DNA of 64,000 nucleotides from NCBI GenBank assembly GCA_000165345.1, contig CM000435.1, positions 832,001 to 896,000 of the forward strand, read 5' to 3'. Shown piece by piece: positions 48,901 to 58,189 of this stretch (position 1 is its first letter; each line of letters starts with the position of its first letter). The notes under the pieces were generated by a model. It saw only the letters and a program-made list of their open reading frames with translations, ran no database searches and was not told where the DNA came from. The position numbers and the translations under genes were made by a program.

Positions 48901-50987
48901 CACTAATAAATAGTAGTTTGAACGCGCAACTTGGTGGGCTAGAAAGCTTTCTAACTAAAGCACGGAAAGATTTTCAAACAGCTTGGACAGAGAGCTTTAA
49001 CACTGCGCTTGCGTTACAACTACAATTAAGGACCAGAGCATTGGTAGAAGAGTATGTAAGAGCTTCGGAGCGTTATTTATTGATTAAAAGAGTTAAAGCT
49101 GATTATGAGTATAGAAAAAGTATTGTAAGTGAGTTCCAAGCAGATCCAAGTTTTGAAGTTATGTTAAATAGAGCATCTGAAATGATTGAAAGGGCAGATG
49201 AAGAAGAGGCAGAATTAGAAAAAGAGCTTTCAAGTTTGCATGAGCAGAAGGATAAATTACATTTATTGGTAGAAGAAGATATGCAGACAATATATTCCCA
49301 AAGATTAAAAACAATTAGAGATTCAAAGGAGTTGATAAGGGCAAAAATTGATCATGAGAAGAAACTATTAATGCAAGAGGAAAAGGTGTTTGAAGATCAA
49401 CTAAAAAGAGATTTAGAGTATTATAATATCAGAGAAGTTTCGGAAGCAGCAATATACAGAGCAGATAAATTAAAAATGTTATATGATGCAACGAATTGGT
49501 TGTTAAACTTTAATGAAAAGTTAACTATTTCTTCTGAAACTCAATTTAGAGAAGATTTAGAAAAATTAGATTATGTTATACCACTCAAAAAACTTACAAA
49601 TTCAAGAAGTGAAAATGATGAGAGATTTAATTTTGACTCTTTAAAAGCTAATTTAAGAAGACATAAATATACTCACAATGAAGGGTTCGATCCAAACGAT
49701 ATAGAAGATCAGCAGGAACTAAAAAAGGAGGCAGGACCATTTTATAATGATGACCAGACTCAAGGACAAATTCCAGTAGCAGCTCAAACCCTTCTTAGAA
49801 TGTTTAAGGAAAAGCTTGTAATCAGGTTAAATGACATTGATGAAATTAATCAGCAAATATTGCAGCTTAACTTAAATGTTGTAGGATCTTTTCAGTATTA
49901 TGATTATAACAGAGAAAGGGCATACAAGTCTTTTAGAGAATTAAAATATTCTAAGGGTGCATCTAATTTGTTTGCGATAATTTTATCTCACTTTGAATGG
50001 GAGCATATCCAGTTAAGATGGAGAGTACTAGACCTCGCCAAACATATTTTAAATGAAAAAGAAAACAAACTAAATGAAATTTCAGAGCTAAGATCTTCCC
50101 TTGATAATAAAATGAGAGAATTTGAAGCTATACCTCTTTCCAGAAAACTAGTTCCAATTGGTACTTCTGTCGATATGATGACTAATGAAATATCAGGCTC
50201 GAGAAAAAACGAAGAAGATTCACTTGAATTATTGCCAAGTAGTATTCCAAGCTATTTACTCTCAGACGAAGATTTTAGTCAAGTAAGAAGTTATGATTTA
50301 GGCGCAAAGAAGATCATTTTGAATAGGATATTATTTATGTTAAGTGCAAATGAAAGCAGGTATGTAGAGTTATTAAAAGACACAATAACTGAAATTAATA
50401 ATAAAAAAAAGACAGCTGAACTTGAGATACAAACAATTCGATCGGACTTAGATGAATTTCGGAAAACCATTGGATATAAAATGCTTTCGAAGGAGGATAG
50501 AGATCTAGAGGAAGAAAAGTTCAAGAAAAAAATAACTAAAATTACAGAATCAAAGAATTTAGTACCTTTATTAGCAAAGAGAGAGATATTAATTCGTAAA
50601 TCAGAAAAGATAGATTCTTTTAGGGATAAGGTTCAACATCTATTTCAAGATCCAAGCTTCACAGCCGAGCAGGCTAGAGCTCTTGAAAACGCCATAAATG
50701 AGTTCTTTGGAACTAAATCAGCTCAGTTTGATGAGATAACTCCAAGAATCAAACTTGCAGAAGAAATCAATAAATTACAGTTTGCTGAAGAAGAAATTGC
50801 AGAGTTAGAAAAGTCAATGAATAATATGAAAAAACAGGAAAATTATGCTAAGTTACACGGTCTTAAAATAAAAAGTGTTGAAATAAAAGAGAATATTTCA
50901 AGATTGAATGAAAAAATTAGTGCATTAAATGAATTTATACAAGAATTCCAAGATAAGCATTTTAGCAAGGTTTTCGAGGTTAATTAG
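45990..50987 (+). CDS. Large secreted protein, array member 7 (1665 aa) with an extensive C-terminal coiled-coil-like E/K/L-rich region
   Basis: N-terminus MNSKRLFSKRMPNKIDGSIALCFLAFIIFFVVKVGG (signal peptide or anchor). IHSGDRMLWGIIKSELV resembles the family motif. From about aa 900 onward there are heptad-like charged runs (…ELEKELSSLHEQKDKLHLLVEEDMQ…, …EIAELEKSMNNMKKQENYAKL…). Confidence 0.75.
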   Translation: MNSKRLFSKRMPNKIDGSIALCFLAFIIFFVVKVGGTNNENLSPNIHSGDRMLWGIIKSELVTNSWLNLSKIPTEITESDMGISIGVINICSSNKIKIKKQLSFKCINKLRTLLDYTNKKDKGYSIRVRKGVSFNEALARLCLDATNKYLNNSSKICKDKETNRTSTKGKKLTRERKTNEKKISIDGLTRITEKLESSELLKKDNLLKLIQSVLFDYESSLTPSRQLISQIRKPKQSQVSRLIVNRDLKGLAILLSNEKQEDALSFINVLINGDKSEETDNLTFEDIENKINSKHNLSKITNKYKPFGFMPIPEDEWGAVVSWIQENTNKIQRPRGWMIKKTYGKKALRLPENFVASKGVETVFIDNCFKSLRNMAYTVFTAPNGDKYYKYNKENDYGLMIEGESQNERILNIKNACKEIFERYYEYLGIKTQKEEYRFKIHGKLNFLLPLKHDRLFLNKLLKSFYKSINDREKEWHAVVNEARISPLVSSKDLTEEIVPYTFIDERIKRESNLEKKESLLSDVCFKTINTLRKERSQGSSDIPLYNIEIGSENEVSIAKFCKGLFERFILRHIEWLKIIIKSIESDNIKLVDINDPYLEIPEVFLFPEDARLKENCITSLIVVFEKNLQAIENGYPVKVYPQIDYLGDPSDMIENITLFCESLSGKVSPKTHRSKIPVKDEQETIKIMSSEPELIKLVRKNIESNLLLSFETKMETRIDKITQNVSNSNTFRLENWKSHFEEISSLDSHVESMINIFKAQFSEFIDYEGLCEKKIRRYIAHINSKEDEVSDISWLEGYLMETDRLKGDWATELQSIENLHKSMLAAEGELERYVNTIRSVVYGDEKQKELPQVRKMLNGWQKELSNKERVYIKHKIDSLLSKQKHEYNIESLRYEQLERRKVFRDNLKKSFLDQDQNKPLFFDMENCFKQDDEDLVPIYPEKETKEEEKIRNDRIASIETVLNEFKNRFALINSSLNAQLGGLESFLTKARKDFQTAWTESFNTALALQLQLRTRALVEEYVRASERYLLIKRVKADYEYRKSIVSEFQADPSFEVMLNRASEMIERADEEEAELEKELSSLHEQKDKLHLLVEEDMQTIYSQRLKTIRDSKELIRAKIDHEKKLLMQEEKVFEDQLKRDLEYYNIREVSEAAIYRADKLKMLYDATNWLLNFNEKLTISSETQFREDLEKLDYVIPLKKLTNSRSENDERFNFDSLKANLRRHKYTHNEGFDPNDIEDQQELKKEAGPFYNDDQTQGQIPVAAQTLLRMFKEKLVIRLNDIDEINQQILQLNLNVVGSFQYYDYNRERAYKSFRELKYSKGASNLFAIILSHFEWEHIQLRWRVLDLAKHILNEKENKLNEISELRSSLDNKMREFEAIPLSRKLVPIGTSVDMMTNEISGSRKNEEDSLELLPSSIPSYLLSDEDFSQVRSYDLGAKKIILNRILFMLSANESRYVELLKDTITEINNKKKTAELEIQTIRSDLDEFRKTIGYKMLSKEDRDLEEEKFKKKITKITESKNLVPLLAKREILIRKSEKIDSFRDKVQHLFQDPSFTAEQARALENAINEFFGTKSAQFDEITPRIKLAEEINKLQFAEEEIAELEKSMNNMKKQENYAKLHGLKIKSVEIKENISRLNEKISALNEFIQEFQDKHFSKVFEVN

Positions 50988-51857
50988 AGAAATGATGGCT
51001 TTGTGCTGTACGAAATGCATAATTTACCTTCTTTATTAAATATCTAACAATTGAGTAGTTAATAATTATTTTTCTAATTACTATACTTATTAAATAGGTT
51101 AGCATGTATTACTTACCATATATAAGTCTGAAATATTTTCGTCTTTATTTGGTTCTAAGCTACTGTTGATATATAAATACTGATAATTGAATTAAATAAT
51201 TTCAAATAAATTAAGAAATAAAGAACATACTATGTCTTCTTCTGTCCTTATATCATCTTTCAGCAAATTTATAATATCAGAAATTGTATTATTTCCATTA
51301 ATAGTCCATGAACTTTTACTCAATATTGGAGTTTTCCCTATGGGCCTAAAATCAATAATTACTTTACTGGGATAAATACATTTTCAGTTAAAAAAACTAA
51401 AGATACCTTTTTCTTCACGCTTTTCAAGTAATTTCTTCGCAATTAAGTCTAATTGATTCATTTTTAAATCATTCTTGAACTATATTATACAATTACCGCT
51501 TTTGGTTAAATTTCTGCAGTGGTATAGTTATATTTAAAAAAACCTTCAGAAGGTAAAATGAGCAATAAAAAGCTCCAAAATCCTCTTTCAACAATACGCA
51601 CAAAAACATTACTATTGAGCCTTAGGATAATTCAGCACTTTGAGTTCGAGAAAGCTTGATAGCCATATCTTTGCACACATCACTGGCCATATTAAATAGG
51701 GGTTAGTTAATAACCACACAAAAAAGCAGACTTCCTAATCTAAATGTGAAAGTGTTAAATTAGAAAAAAAAGTTTGTTAATTAAATCTATTAAAAATCTT
51801 AAGTCAAAAGGCTATAACAGCAAAAATTATAAACTATCTGTTGTTACCCTCGCTACT

Positions 51858-53741
51858 CTATTCGGTACTGGAACTTCTCTCCGCAGCATCATCATCTTCA
51901 TCTTCTGTGTCAGTAGAAAGCTGATTATCATCAAGTTGATTCATTATGTGCTGGAATAATGTTGGCTCATTGTCTAAGGCTTCATCTTCTGGATGAACAT
52001 ATATCTGTCTTATGCCTTCTTTAATAGTTTTGGCAACAAAACTTACGTTAACCACCTGATCAAGCCCTTCATAGGAATCATTAATAAGATGAAGAGAAAT
52101 ATCTATGCTTCCTGGAGTTTCAATAAGGAACTGAATCTTTACATCTACTATCTTTTCGTTAGAAGAACAACGCGTATATCCGATGATTTGGGGATTGGAT
52201 CCTTTTGTTACTGCAAATATCCACCACTCTTCATACTTTGTTGTTGGGAAATAAGGAGAATGGACTGGCCCACAAGCCTCATTTTCTTTCAAGTTTGCAC
52301 GGTCAATATTAATCTCGATGGTACCGAGATCTCCAACGACAATATCCTGTTCATCGTCCACGATAACTTTTGAATCAACTCTAATGGGAGAAATTAAGTT
52401 ACAAAATGCTTCAATATCCAACTTTTGAGACTCATTAAACTCAGCCAAACCTTTTCGATTAGCAGGATCTTGTTTAATAAACTCAACCAAGTTCCTTACT
52501 GCTGTTTTACCTTTTTTAATATGTTGGACTTCATTTTCTGTAATGTATGGAATCTGCAAAAATGACGCGTTGGGCCCTCCGTCAAGAGCGTGAATTAAAG
52601 ATCTTCTAAAGGCTAAGATTGAAGTTGATGTATGGAAGAAATTGCGGCTAATAGAAATTTCCAGCATAGATGATGTTAGAGAAATTGATTTTGCTAGAAT
52701 ATCTTCCAATACTTTTTTAAGAGAAGGAGTTAGCTCAGAGTGTTTTCTATATAAGTGTGCGAGGATAAGATAATAAGCTGTGAAGAAACTTGGGGAATTA
52801 TTGTTGAAAGATCTTTTTTTGAATTCTGGGAGAATGTTTGCAAGATGAGAAATCACTTTATCATCTTCTGAAGTGTTCTTTTTCAAGGAGCGGAATTCAG
52901 TGCTAAGAGCGAGTATTTCTGGCAAAGCTTTGAAACGTGTAGAGTCCGATATAGCTGCTGAATAAAAGTACAGAGTTGTTAGATATACACCATTTGATGC
53001 ATACTTCTTCTGCCTCCTGTAGTAAATAATGAACGCCAAAGGAATCACAAATAGAATTATCAGTGAAAGGAAGCAAAGAATGAACAGTTGATATTTCTTC
53101 GAGACGAGAAAGCTTGGAAGGCCAATTCCAACCTTCATGCTTGTTGGGCCATCAGGATTACCGTATTTCTCATAGTTGCTTCTTGCAACTTCATCAGTAA
53201 GAGCTTGATAAGCCTTGGCAATTAACATAAATTTTGCTGCAGCAGTTGGATCATTTGGGTTTTTATCTGGATGGTATTTGAGTGACATCAATCTATATGC
53301 TTTTTTAATACTCATCGTATTTGATGATGGAGTTATTTCTAAAATTTCATATGGATTAAACTGAGCAATTTGACGATTTTCTGAATATTTAGATAGCATA
53401 TAATAAGTTAGTGACCACATTATACCTAGCAATGCAACTTGCAAAATCATTTTAAGCGAGAAGCGATTAGAAAATGAACGGTGCTTCCTACGAATGTTTT
53501 CCACATTACTTACACAGCCTGAGCATTTACAATATTGAATTTGGGATCCACTCGGAGTAGACTTTGGAAATTCCTTTTTATTAAACTTTCTCGTTGGACA
53601 AAGGACTTTAGAAAGTACATTATAAGTCCAAAAAATCAAAATGCAAATTACAATTGTGCCAAAAAAGAAGAAGAATGCGGTATCGTCATAAAGAGAATCA
53701 CTCTTCTCTTCTTTTGTAAAAGTATCCCTAAACTGAGACAT
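51858..53741 (-). CDS. SEC63: Sec63 translocation protein (DnaJ domain + Brl/Sec63 domain, acidic C-terminus)
   Basis: 627 aa. J domain NPYEILEITPSSNTMSIKKAYRLMSLKYHPDKNP...AKAYQALTDEVARSNYEKYGNPDGP is nearly identical in pattern to yeast Sec63. It is flanked by hydrophobic TM segments, followed by a Brl-like region and the acidic tail STDTEDEDDDAAE. Confidence 0.9.
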   Translation of the reverse strand: MSQFRDTFTKEEKSDSLYDDTAFFFFFGTIVICILIFWTYNVLSKVLCPTRKFNKKEFPKSTPSGSQIQYCKCSGCVSNVENIRRKHRSFSNRFSLKMILQVALLGIMWSLTYYMLSKYSENRQIAQFNPYEILEITPSSNTMSIKKAYRLMSLKYHPDKNPNDPTAAAKFMLIAKAYQALTDEVARSNYEKYGNPDGPTSMKVGIGLPSFLVSKKYQLFILCFLSLIILFVIPLAFIIYYRRQKKYASNGVYLTTLYFYSAAISDSTRFKALPEILALSTEFRSLKKNTSEDDKVISHLANILPEFKKRSFNNNSPSFFTAYYLILAHLYRKHSELTPSLKKVLEDILAKSISLTSSMLEISISRNFFHTSTSILAFRRSLIHALDGGPNASFLQIPYITENEVQHIKKGKTAVRNLVEFIKQDPANRKGLAEFNESQKLDIEAFCNLISPIRVDSKVIVDDEQDIVVGDLGTIEINIDRANLKENEACGPVHSPYFPTTKYEEWWIFAVTKGSNPQIIGYTRCSSNEKIVDVKIQFLIETPGSIDISLHLINDSYEGLDQVVNVSFVAKTIKEGIRQIYVHPEDEALDNEPTLFQHIMNQLDDNQLSTDTEDEDDDAAERSSSTE

Positions 53742-54092
53742 TTTTTTTTCTTCAATAACTCAAACTCTGATTCTTTAGCTATACTATGGTCTTTACATCA
53801 ATAAAACTATCTGAATTGTTATGTATAACTCATATACACACTATTATGCTCCTTTCGTAGTAGATAATATTCACTAATATTATTAATATTTACAAGAAAA
53901 ATAATGCAGTTTTTTACATTAATTTTTTGAGATTACCCCGTCGCTTTTAAGAATCTATGGGGAGTTGTGAGGGGCTATTGAATTTTGATTTTTTCTTAAA
54001 TTGACAAATTTTAACAGAATAAATTAGGATTTGCGGAGAAATTAATCGGCTAAAAATCAATGCAATTTTGTTAAATGAATGAGAGATCTTGA

Positions 54093-55466
54093 ATGAAACT
54101 GGTTACTTTGGTCAAAATCTTTGCATTAATCCTTCTTCAAAACTGTATCCCATCCAATGCTGAAGGAGGAGATGAAGGTATTGCATCTAGATTTCCAATA
54201 CTTGGTGCCCTGTTTAGTGCGGCAAGTAAAGCTTTCGACAAGGTGACCCCTGATGAGTGCTATCAGCTTAACAAAAGGGGCCTAACAGGCGGATCTATTG
54301 GTCTTATTCTCGCAGCTTTACCTTATAAACCAAACTATCCAATAATGATTTTTAAGGATGGCTGGCAACAACCAGATTATCTAATTTCAGCGTTCTTGAT
54401 TGAAATGTGGCATCGCTTTCGAGCTGCTGAATCATTGTTTGACCCAACTCGTTATAAGGAAGCAAGCAAATTACTTGGAGCCCAAGCATTTTGGGGTAGC
54501 AACGAAAAACAAATCTCAGAGGGCCCTCCTCAATGGGATACATGGTGGTCTGAACTTGGTGGTTTCTTCACTGGTGTAGGTGAGTTGATGGAAATTTTGA
54601 ATAAGGGAACAATTCCGCTTTTTGTTTCTACAAGAGGCTTACAATACAATACGAGATTTTTGCTTTCTACATTGAATTTGTATGCAAAGGAAAAGCTAGA
54701 AACAATTGAGTACTTAAGGGGAGGAACTTCAAAGGACGGAAAGTCATTTTCTTGTAAAGCCTGTGGTTCTTCAACTTTGCTGGGAAGCCTTCCTTCACAC
54801 TTGGGAATATTTACAGATGTGGAAGGTTCCCAATCTTACTCAGCTCTAAATCACTTGAAGCTTCTATACGAAAGGCTTGAAAATAATGAAAATCATCAAT
54901 ATGAAGATGAAGACTACGTAGAATCTCCTTCTGTGGATGAATGGGGTTGGGACTCGGAGCATTCCTATGTCGGAGCATTTATCATTTATGTACGTAAACT
55001 ACAACAAAAATACCATCATACCTATAACAGTGCAAGCAGGAGCGGTAGGATAATGTGCGGAGTTCATGTTCATGACATCACACAATGTTTAAAGAACACT
55101 TTCAAATACGGAAAAAAAGTATTAAATGTTCCGTTAACTTCAGATTCGAAAACAACAGAACAAGGAGTTTTGACAGAGTTCCATCCCCCATGGTTTGGGG
55201 ATGATAGAATGTGGAGGGAAGACCCGAGGGGCCAGATTACAAGAATTTTGCAATTTCTAGACGATGAGGATTTAAATACTACAAGGTGGGATACATTGGA
55301 TTACGTTGTAGCTGCAGCATTCCAATATCTTAGAATTAGGAGACATTTATATCAGGTTTGGTCTGGCGGATGGTTGCGAAAACAAACATCTCCCAATTTT
55401 ATCAAACGACTATTAAAAGCTATTCTGAGAATTTTCAGGCTTGGAGGAAAAGTCCCTGTAATTTAG
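54093..55466 (+). CDS. Hypothetical secreted protein (457 aa), Trp/Gly-rich, no recognised domain
   Basis: Signal peptide MKLVTLVKIFALILLQNCIPSNAEGG. Locally GC-richer coding sequence (about 45%). Confidence 0.6.
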   Translation: MKLVTLVKIFALILLQNCIPSNAEGGDEGIASRFPILGALFSAASKAFDKVTPDECYQLNKRGLTGGSIGLILAALPYKPNYPIMIFKDGWQQPDYLISAFLIEMWHRFRAAESLFDPTRYKEASKLLGAQAFWGSNEKQISEGPPQWDTWWSELGGFFTGVGELMEILNKGTIPLFVSTRGLQYNTRFLLSTLNLYAKEKLETIEYLRGGTSKDGKSFSCKACGSSTLLGSLPSHLGIFTDVEGSQSYSALNHLKLLYERLENNENHQYEDEDYVESPSVDEWGWDSEHSYVGAFIIYVRKLQQKYHHTYNSASRSGRIMCGVHVHDITQCLKNTFKYGKKVLNVPLTSDSKTTEQGVLTEFHPPWFGDDRMWREDPRGQITRILQFLDDEDLNTTRWDTLDYVVAAAFQYLRIRRHLYQVWSGGWLRKQTSPNFIKRLLKAILRIFRLGGKVPVI

Positions 55467-55507
55467 TATAATTACTTTCCTATAATTAAACTTCTATTTT
55501 TATTATC

Positions 55508-56581
55508 TTAATATTTATATATATCATAAACATGATTCGAAATATGGTTTCTATTTTCGTATGATTGAGTAGTAACTGGACTTGAATCAACTCCAATTGA
55601 AAGTGAGTTCTTGTGTCCAGCCCTATTAAACGGATTGGTACTTGTCTGAATGCCTTGTTTTGCAAAACTAGTTCGCAACCATCTATGATTAAGTGCATTT
55701 TCTGCAGTTGGCCTCTTTTTAGGGTCAGACTCTAGTAGCCATTGGACAAAATGTTGAGCAGCAGAAGACACATTTTTCCAAGCTGGTTGTGCAAATAAAT
55801 AACTATTAACACCTCTCTCAACAATCTTATGATACAAATCAAATGCTCTGTTATCATGGAAAGGTAGCCCCCCGCATAAGCAAACATAGCATAAGACCCC
55901 TATACTCCAAATATCAATTTCAGGTCCGTATTCTTGTTGTCTAACAAGCTCTGGAGCCAAGTAGAAATCAGATCCACAGAGGGATTTTGAACGTGCTACC
56001 TTATTTGAACTATCACTTGATATACACCGTTTAGCTAATCCAAAATCAGCAATTTTACAGCAAAAGAACTCATCAATCAAAATATTTTCAGGCTTTAGAT
56101 CCCTATGAATAATTCCATTTTTGTGGATGAACTTTAGAGCATCTAGTAGGTTTATCATAATTTTCTGAACTATCTTTTCCTCCATTGCACCATTTGCAAG
56201 TACATATTGATATAAATCTCCGCCTTTGCAAAGTTCTAAAACCATTTTAACCTCATACTTATCCTCATCGATATGCTCAATATTGCTATCAATAATGCTT
56301 ACTATATTCTGATGATCTTTCAAGAGTTTCATAATTTCAACTTCTTCAATTATTCGATCTATTGACACTTCATCTGTACTATAAATAACCTTCATTGCAT
56401 ATGGATGGTTTGTAGTTTTTTCATGGCAATAGAAAACCTCTGCAAATTGTCCAGTTCCAATAATTCCACCTATTCTATATCTTTCATTGAAATTATTATT
56501 GTTAATATACTGTTTAACATTTAGACAGACTCCAAAACTTTGTTGAATTACATTTTCAATTGCTGACGTATTATTTCCCAT
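55508..56581 (-). CDS. CaMK-group serine/threonine kinase lacking EF-hands, with a predicted N-myristoylation signal
   Basis: 357 aa. GTGQFAEV...AMKVI, HRDLKPENILI, DFGLAK, GSDFYLAPE, DIWSIGVL. The N-terminus MGNNTSA fits the MGxxxS/T myristoylation consensus. The kinase domain runs to the C-terminus, so no calmodulin-like domain can follow. Confidence 0.85.
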   Translation of the reverse strand: MGNNTSAIENVIQQSFGVCLNVKQYINNNNFNERYRIGGIIGTGQFAEVFYCHEKTTNHPYAMKVIYSTDEVSIDRIIEEVEIMKLLKDHQNIVSIIDSNIEHIDEDKYEVKMVLELCKGGDLYQYVLANGAMEEKIVQKIMINLLDALKFIHKNGIIHRDLKPENILIDEFFCCKIADFGLAKRCISSDSSNKVARSKSLCGSDFYLAPELVRQQEYGPEIDIWSIGVLCYVCLCGGLPFHDNRAFDLYHKIVERGVNSYLFAQPAWKNVSSAAQHFVQWLLESDPKKRPTAENALNHRWLRTSFAKQGIQTSTNPFNRAGHKNSLSIGVDSSPVTTQSYENRNHISNHVYDIYKY

Positions 56582-56734
56582 TATTGGTTAGACACTCCAT
56601 TAAAACAAATTTCAAATCGCCCTAATATACAAAAATCTTTGGATTATTTCTAATCCGAATATTTATTATTATTTATAATTATTTAATTCAGAAGATCAAT
56701 TAGTTGCAGTAATTTTCTAAAACTATGCCTTGAA

Positions 56735-56763
56735 CCACATGTAGCATACCCGCGTATGTGTGG
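56735..56763. promoter_or_regulatory. Interrupted inverted repeat CCACA-TGTAG-CATAC-CCGC-GTATG-TGTGG in a divergent promoter region
   Basis: Outer arms CCACA/TGTGG and inner arms CATAC/GTATG surround a GC-rich CCGC centre, and the element contains the palindrome ACATGT. It lies about 155 bp upstream of the minus-strand kinase ATG and 330 bp upstream of the ATG at 57090. Confidence 0.25.
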
Positions 56764-57089
56764 GGCAAAGAAAATATTAACTTTTCTTTCTAATTTTCAA
56801 AGTAGAAAATAGTTCATAATATTTTAAAGAGTATAATATTATGCATTTAGTACAATTATCTAGCAGATTGAAGCGATTTTAGAGGATCTTCATACCTAAT
56901 TCCCAAACAAAACTGGTTAATTCCAAATTTTCAGTGAATTATTAACTAATTTTGTAGATTGGCGGTAATCATAATTTTGATTTATTTGTAATTAATAGCT
57001 TCAAGTGTTATTTGACCAATTTAAATTTCTAAGAAAATTGTTTCAGATTATCAGAAATCCACAATTAAGGGCTATAATTGTAATAAAAG

Positions 57090-57983
57090 ATGCGAAAGGT
57101 AAATTTCTTTTTTAATTTAAAGCCATTTTCTGAGAATCTGAAGAAAGAAAGCATTGAAGCCGTTAAGGAGGTTGCTGAGAGAATGATGGAGTGCTTAGAA
57201 ACTTTTGGTGAAAGAATCGTCGATCAGAAAAAAAAATTTTGGCAGACAATTGATTATAAGCTTGTGAGACCAGCTGTCAGTAAAATCAACAGTTTTGAAT
57301 TCTGGCTGGAAAATAACGGAGTAATGGAAATTCCTGATGTAATATTGAAAGAATATTTATACTTGATGGCATTAGTTGATGACTCAAAATTCATTGATGT
57401 AGATAAGGCGGAGGAAAGTATTTCAATAACTAATGAACCTATAGTCGTCGAAGATAATGAGCAAAAAGAAGCAAACATTGACTCACTAATTGCAGATATC
57501 AACTCAACAATTACTCAGACCAGAGTAATATTATTGGAGGTTGAAAAGTTTGGAAAAATACTGGAGCAGAAGAAGACTCAACTCAACACCCGAATTAAGG
57601 GCCAACAAATCGTAGAAGTCTTTAGCCCAGTAATAGACGACTTAAAAATAAAGTATGAACATATCAAAAGTGAAGGCACTATGGAAAGCTTCCAAAAATT
57701 GATTAATGAGTTCTGTAGTGCACTAGAAGAGAGAAATGAACTAAGATATAGACTTGTTCATGGAGAGGATAGAATTGAAATCCCAGATTCAGCTGACAAA
57801 AATGAATTAAATCAGGATGTTTCTATTGATCAGAATGTAAATATAGATTCAAATAACTCTCAGAACCAAATTATTGATAGTGTAAATAGTATACAGGAAA
57901 AATCCAAAAGATACACTTCTGTTGTTGACAAAAATGCAATGAAGTTATTTGCAAGATGGAGTCTTCCAAACCATCCTGGCTAA
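57090..57983 (+). CDS. Hypothetical protein (297 aa)
   Basis: Continuous ORF with coding-like composition and an acidic middle section. No motif recognised. The true start may be at an internal Met (MMECLETF). Confidence 0.5.
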   Translation: MRKVNFFFNLKPFSENLKKESIEAVKEVAERMMECLETFGERIVDQKKKFWQTIDYKLVRPAVSKINSFEFWLENNGVMEIPDVILKEYLYLMALVDDSKFIDVDKAEESISITNEPIVVEDNEQKEANIDSLIADINSTITQTRVILLEVEKFGKILEQKKTQLNTRIKGQQIVEVFSPVIDDLKIKYEHIKSEGTMESFQKLINEFCSALEERNELRYRLVHGEDRIEIPDSADKNELNQDVSIDQNVNIDSNNSQNQIIDSVNSIQEKSKRYTSVVDKNAMKLFARWSLPNHPG

Positions 57984-58189
57984 ACAGCAGGTTTTGCCAC
58001 GATAAATTAGATAATAAATTTTATAAAAATAAAAATAAATAATAAAAGTATTTCAATTTTTACTTTTGTTATGATCTTATAAACAAATTTATTTTTATTA
58101 AATTAAAACCTAATAGCCGCTAATTACCGGGTATATCGTTTTTTTTTATTTTATTAAATATTAATTTTCTGATTCAGTATTAATAATTC

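Noticed and set aside
51232-51375. 47-codon hydrophobic ORF (MSSSVLISSFSKF...) as a small membrane-protein gene
   Set aside because: It is too short and of too low complexity to support by sequence alone, with no conserved motif. Kept only as part of the note on the 870-bp gap.
54093-55466. Possible horizontally acquired gene, because its GC content is about 45% against an AT-rich background
   Set aside because: Conserved stretches of RPB2 in the same window reach about 50% GC, so elevated coding GC here is not diagnostic of foreign origin. No bacterial-type motif was recognised.
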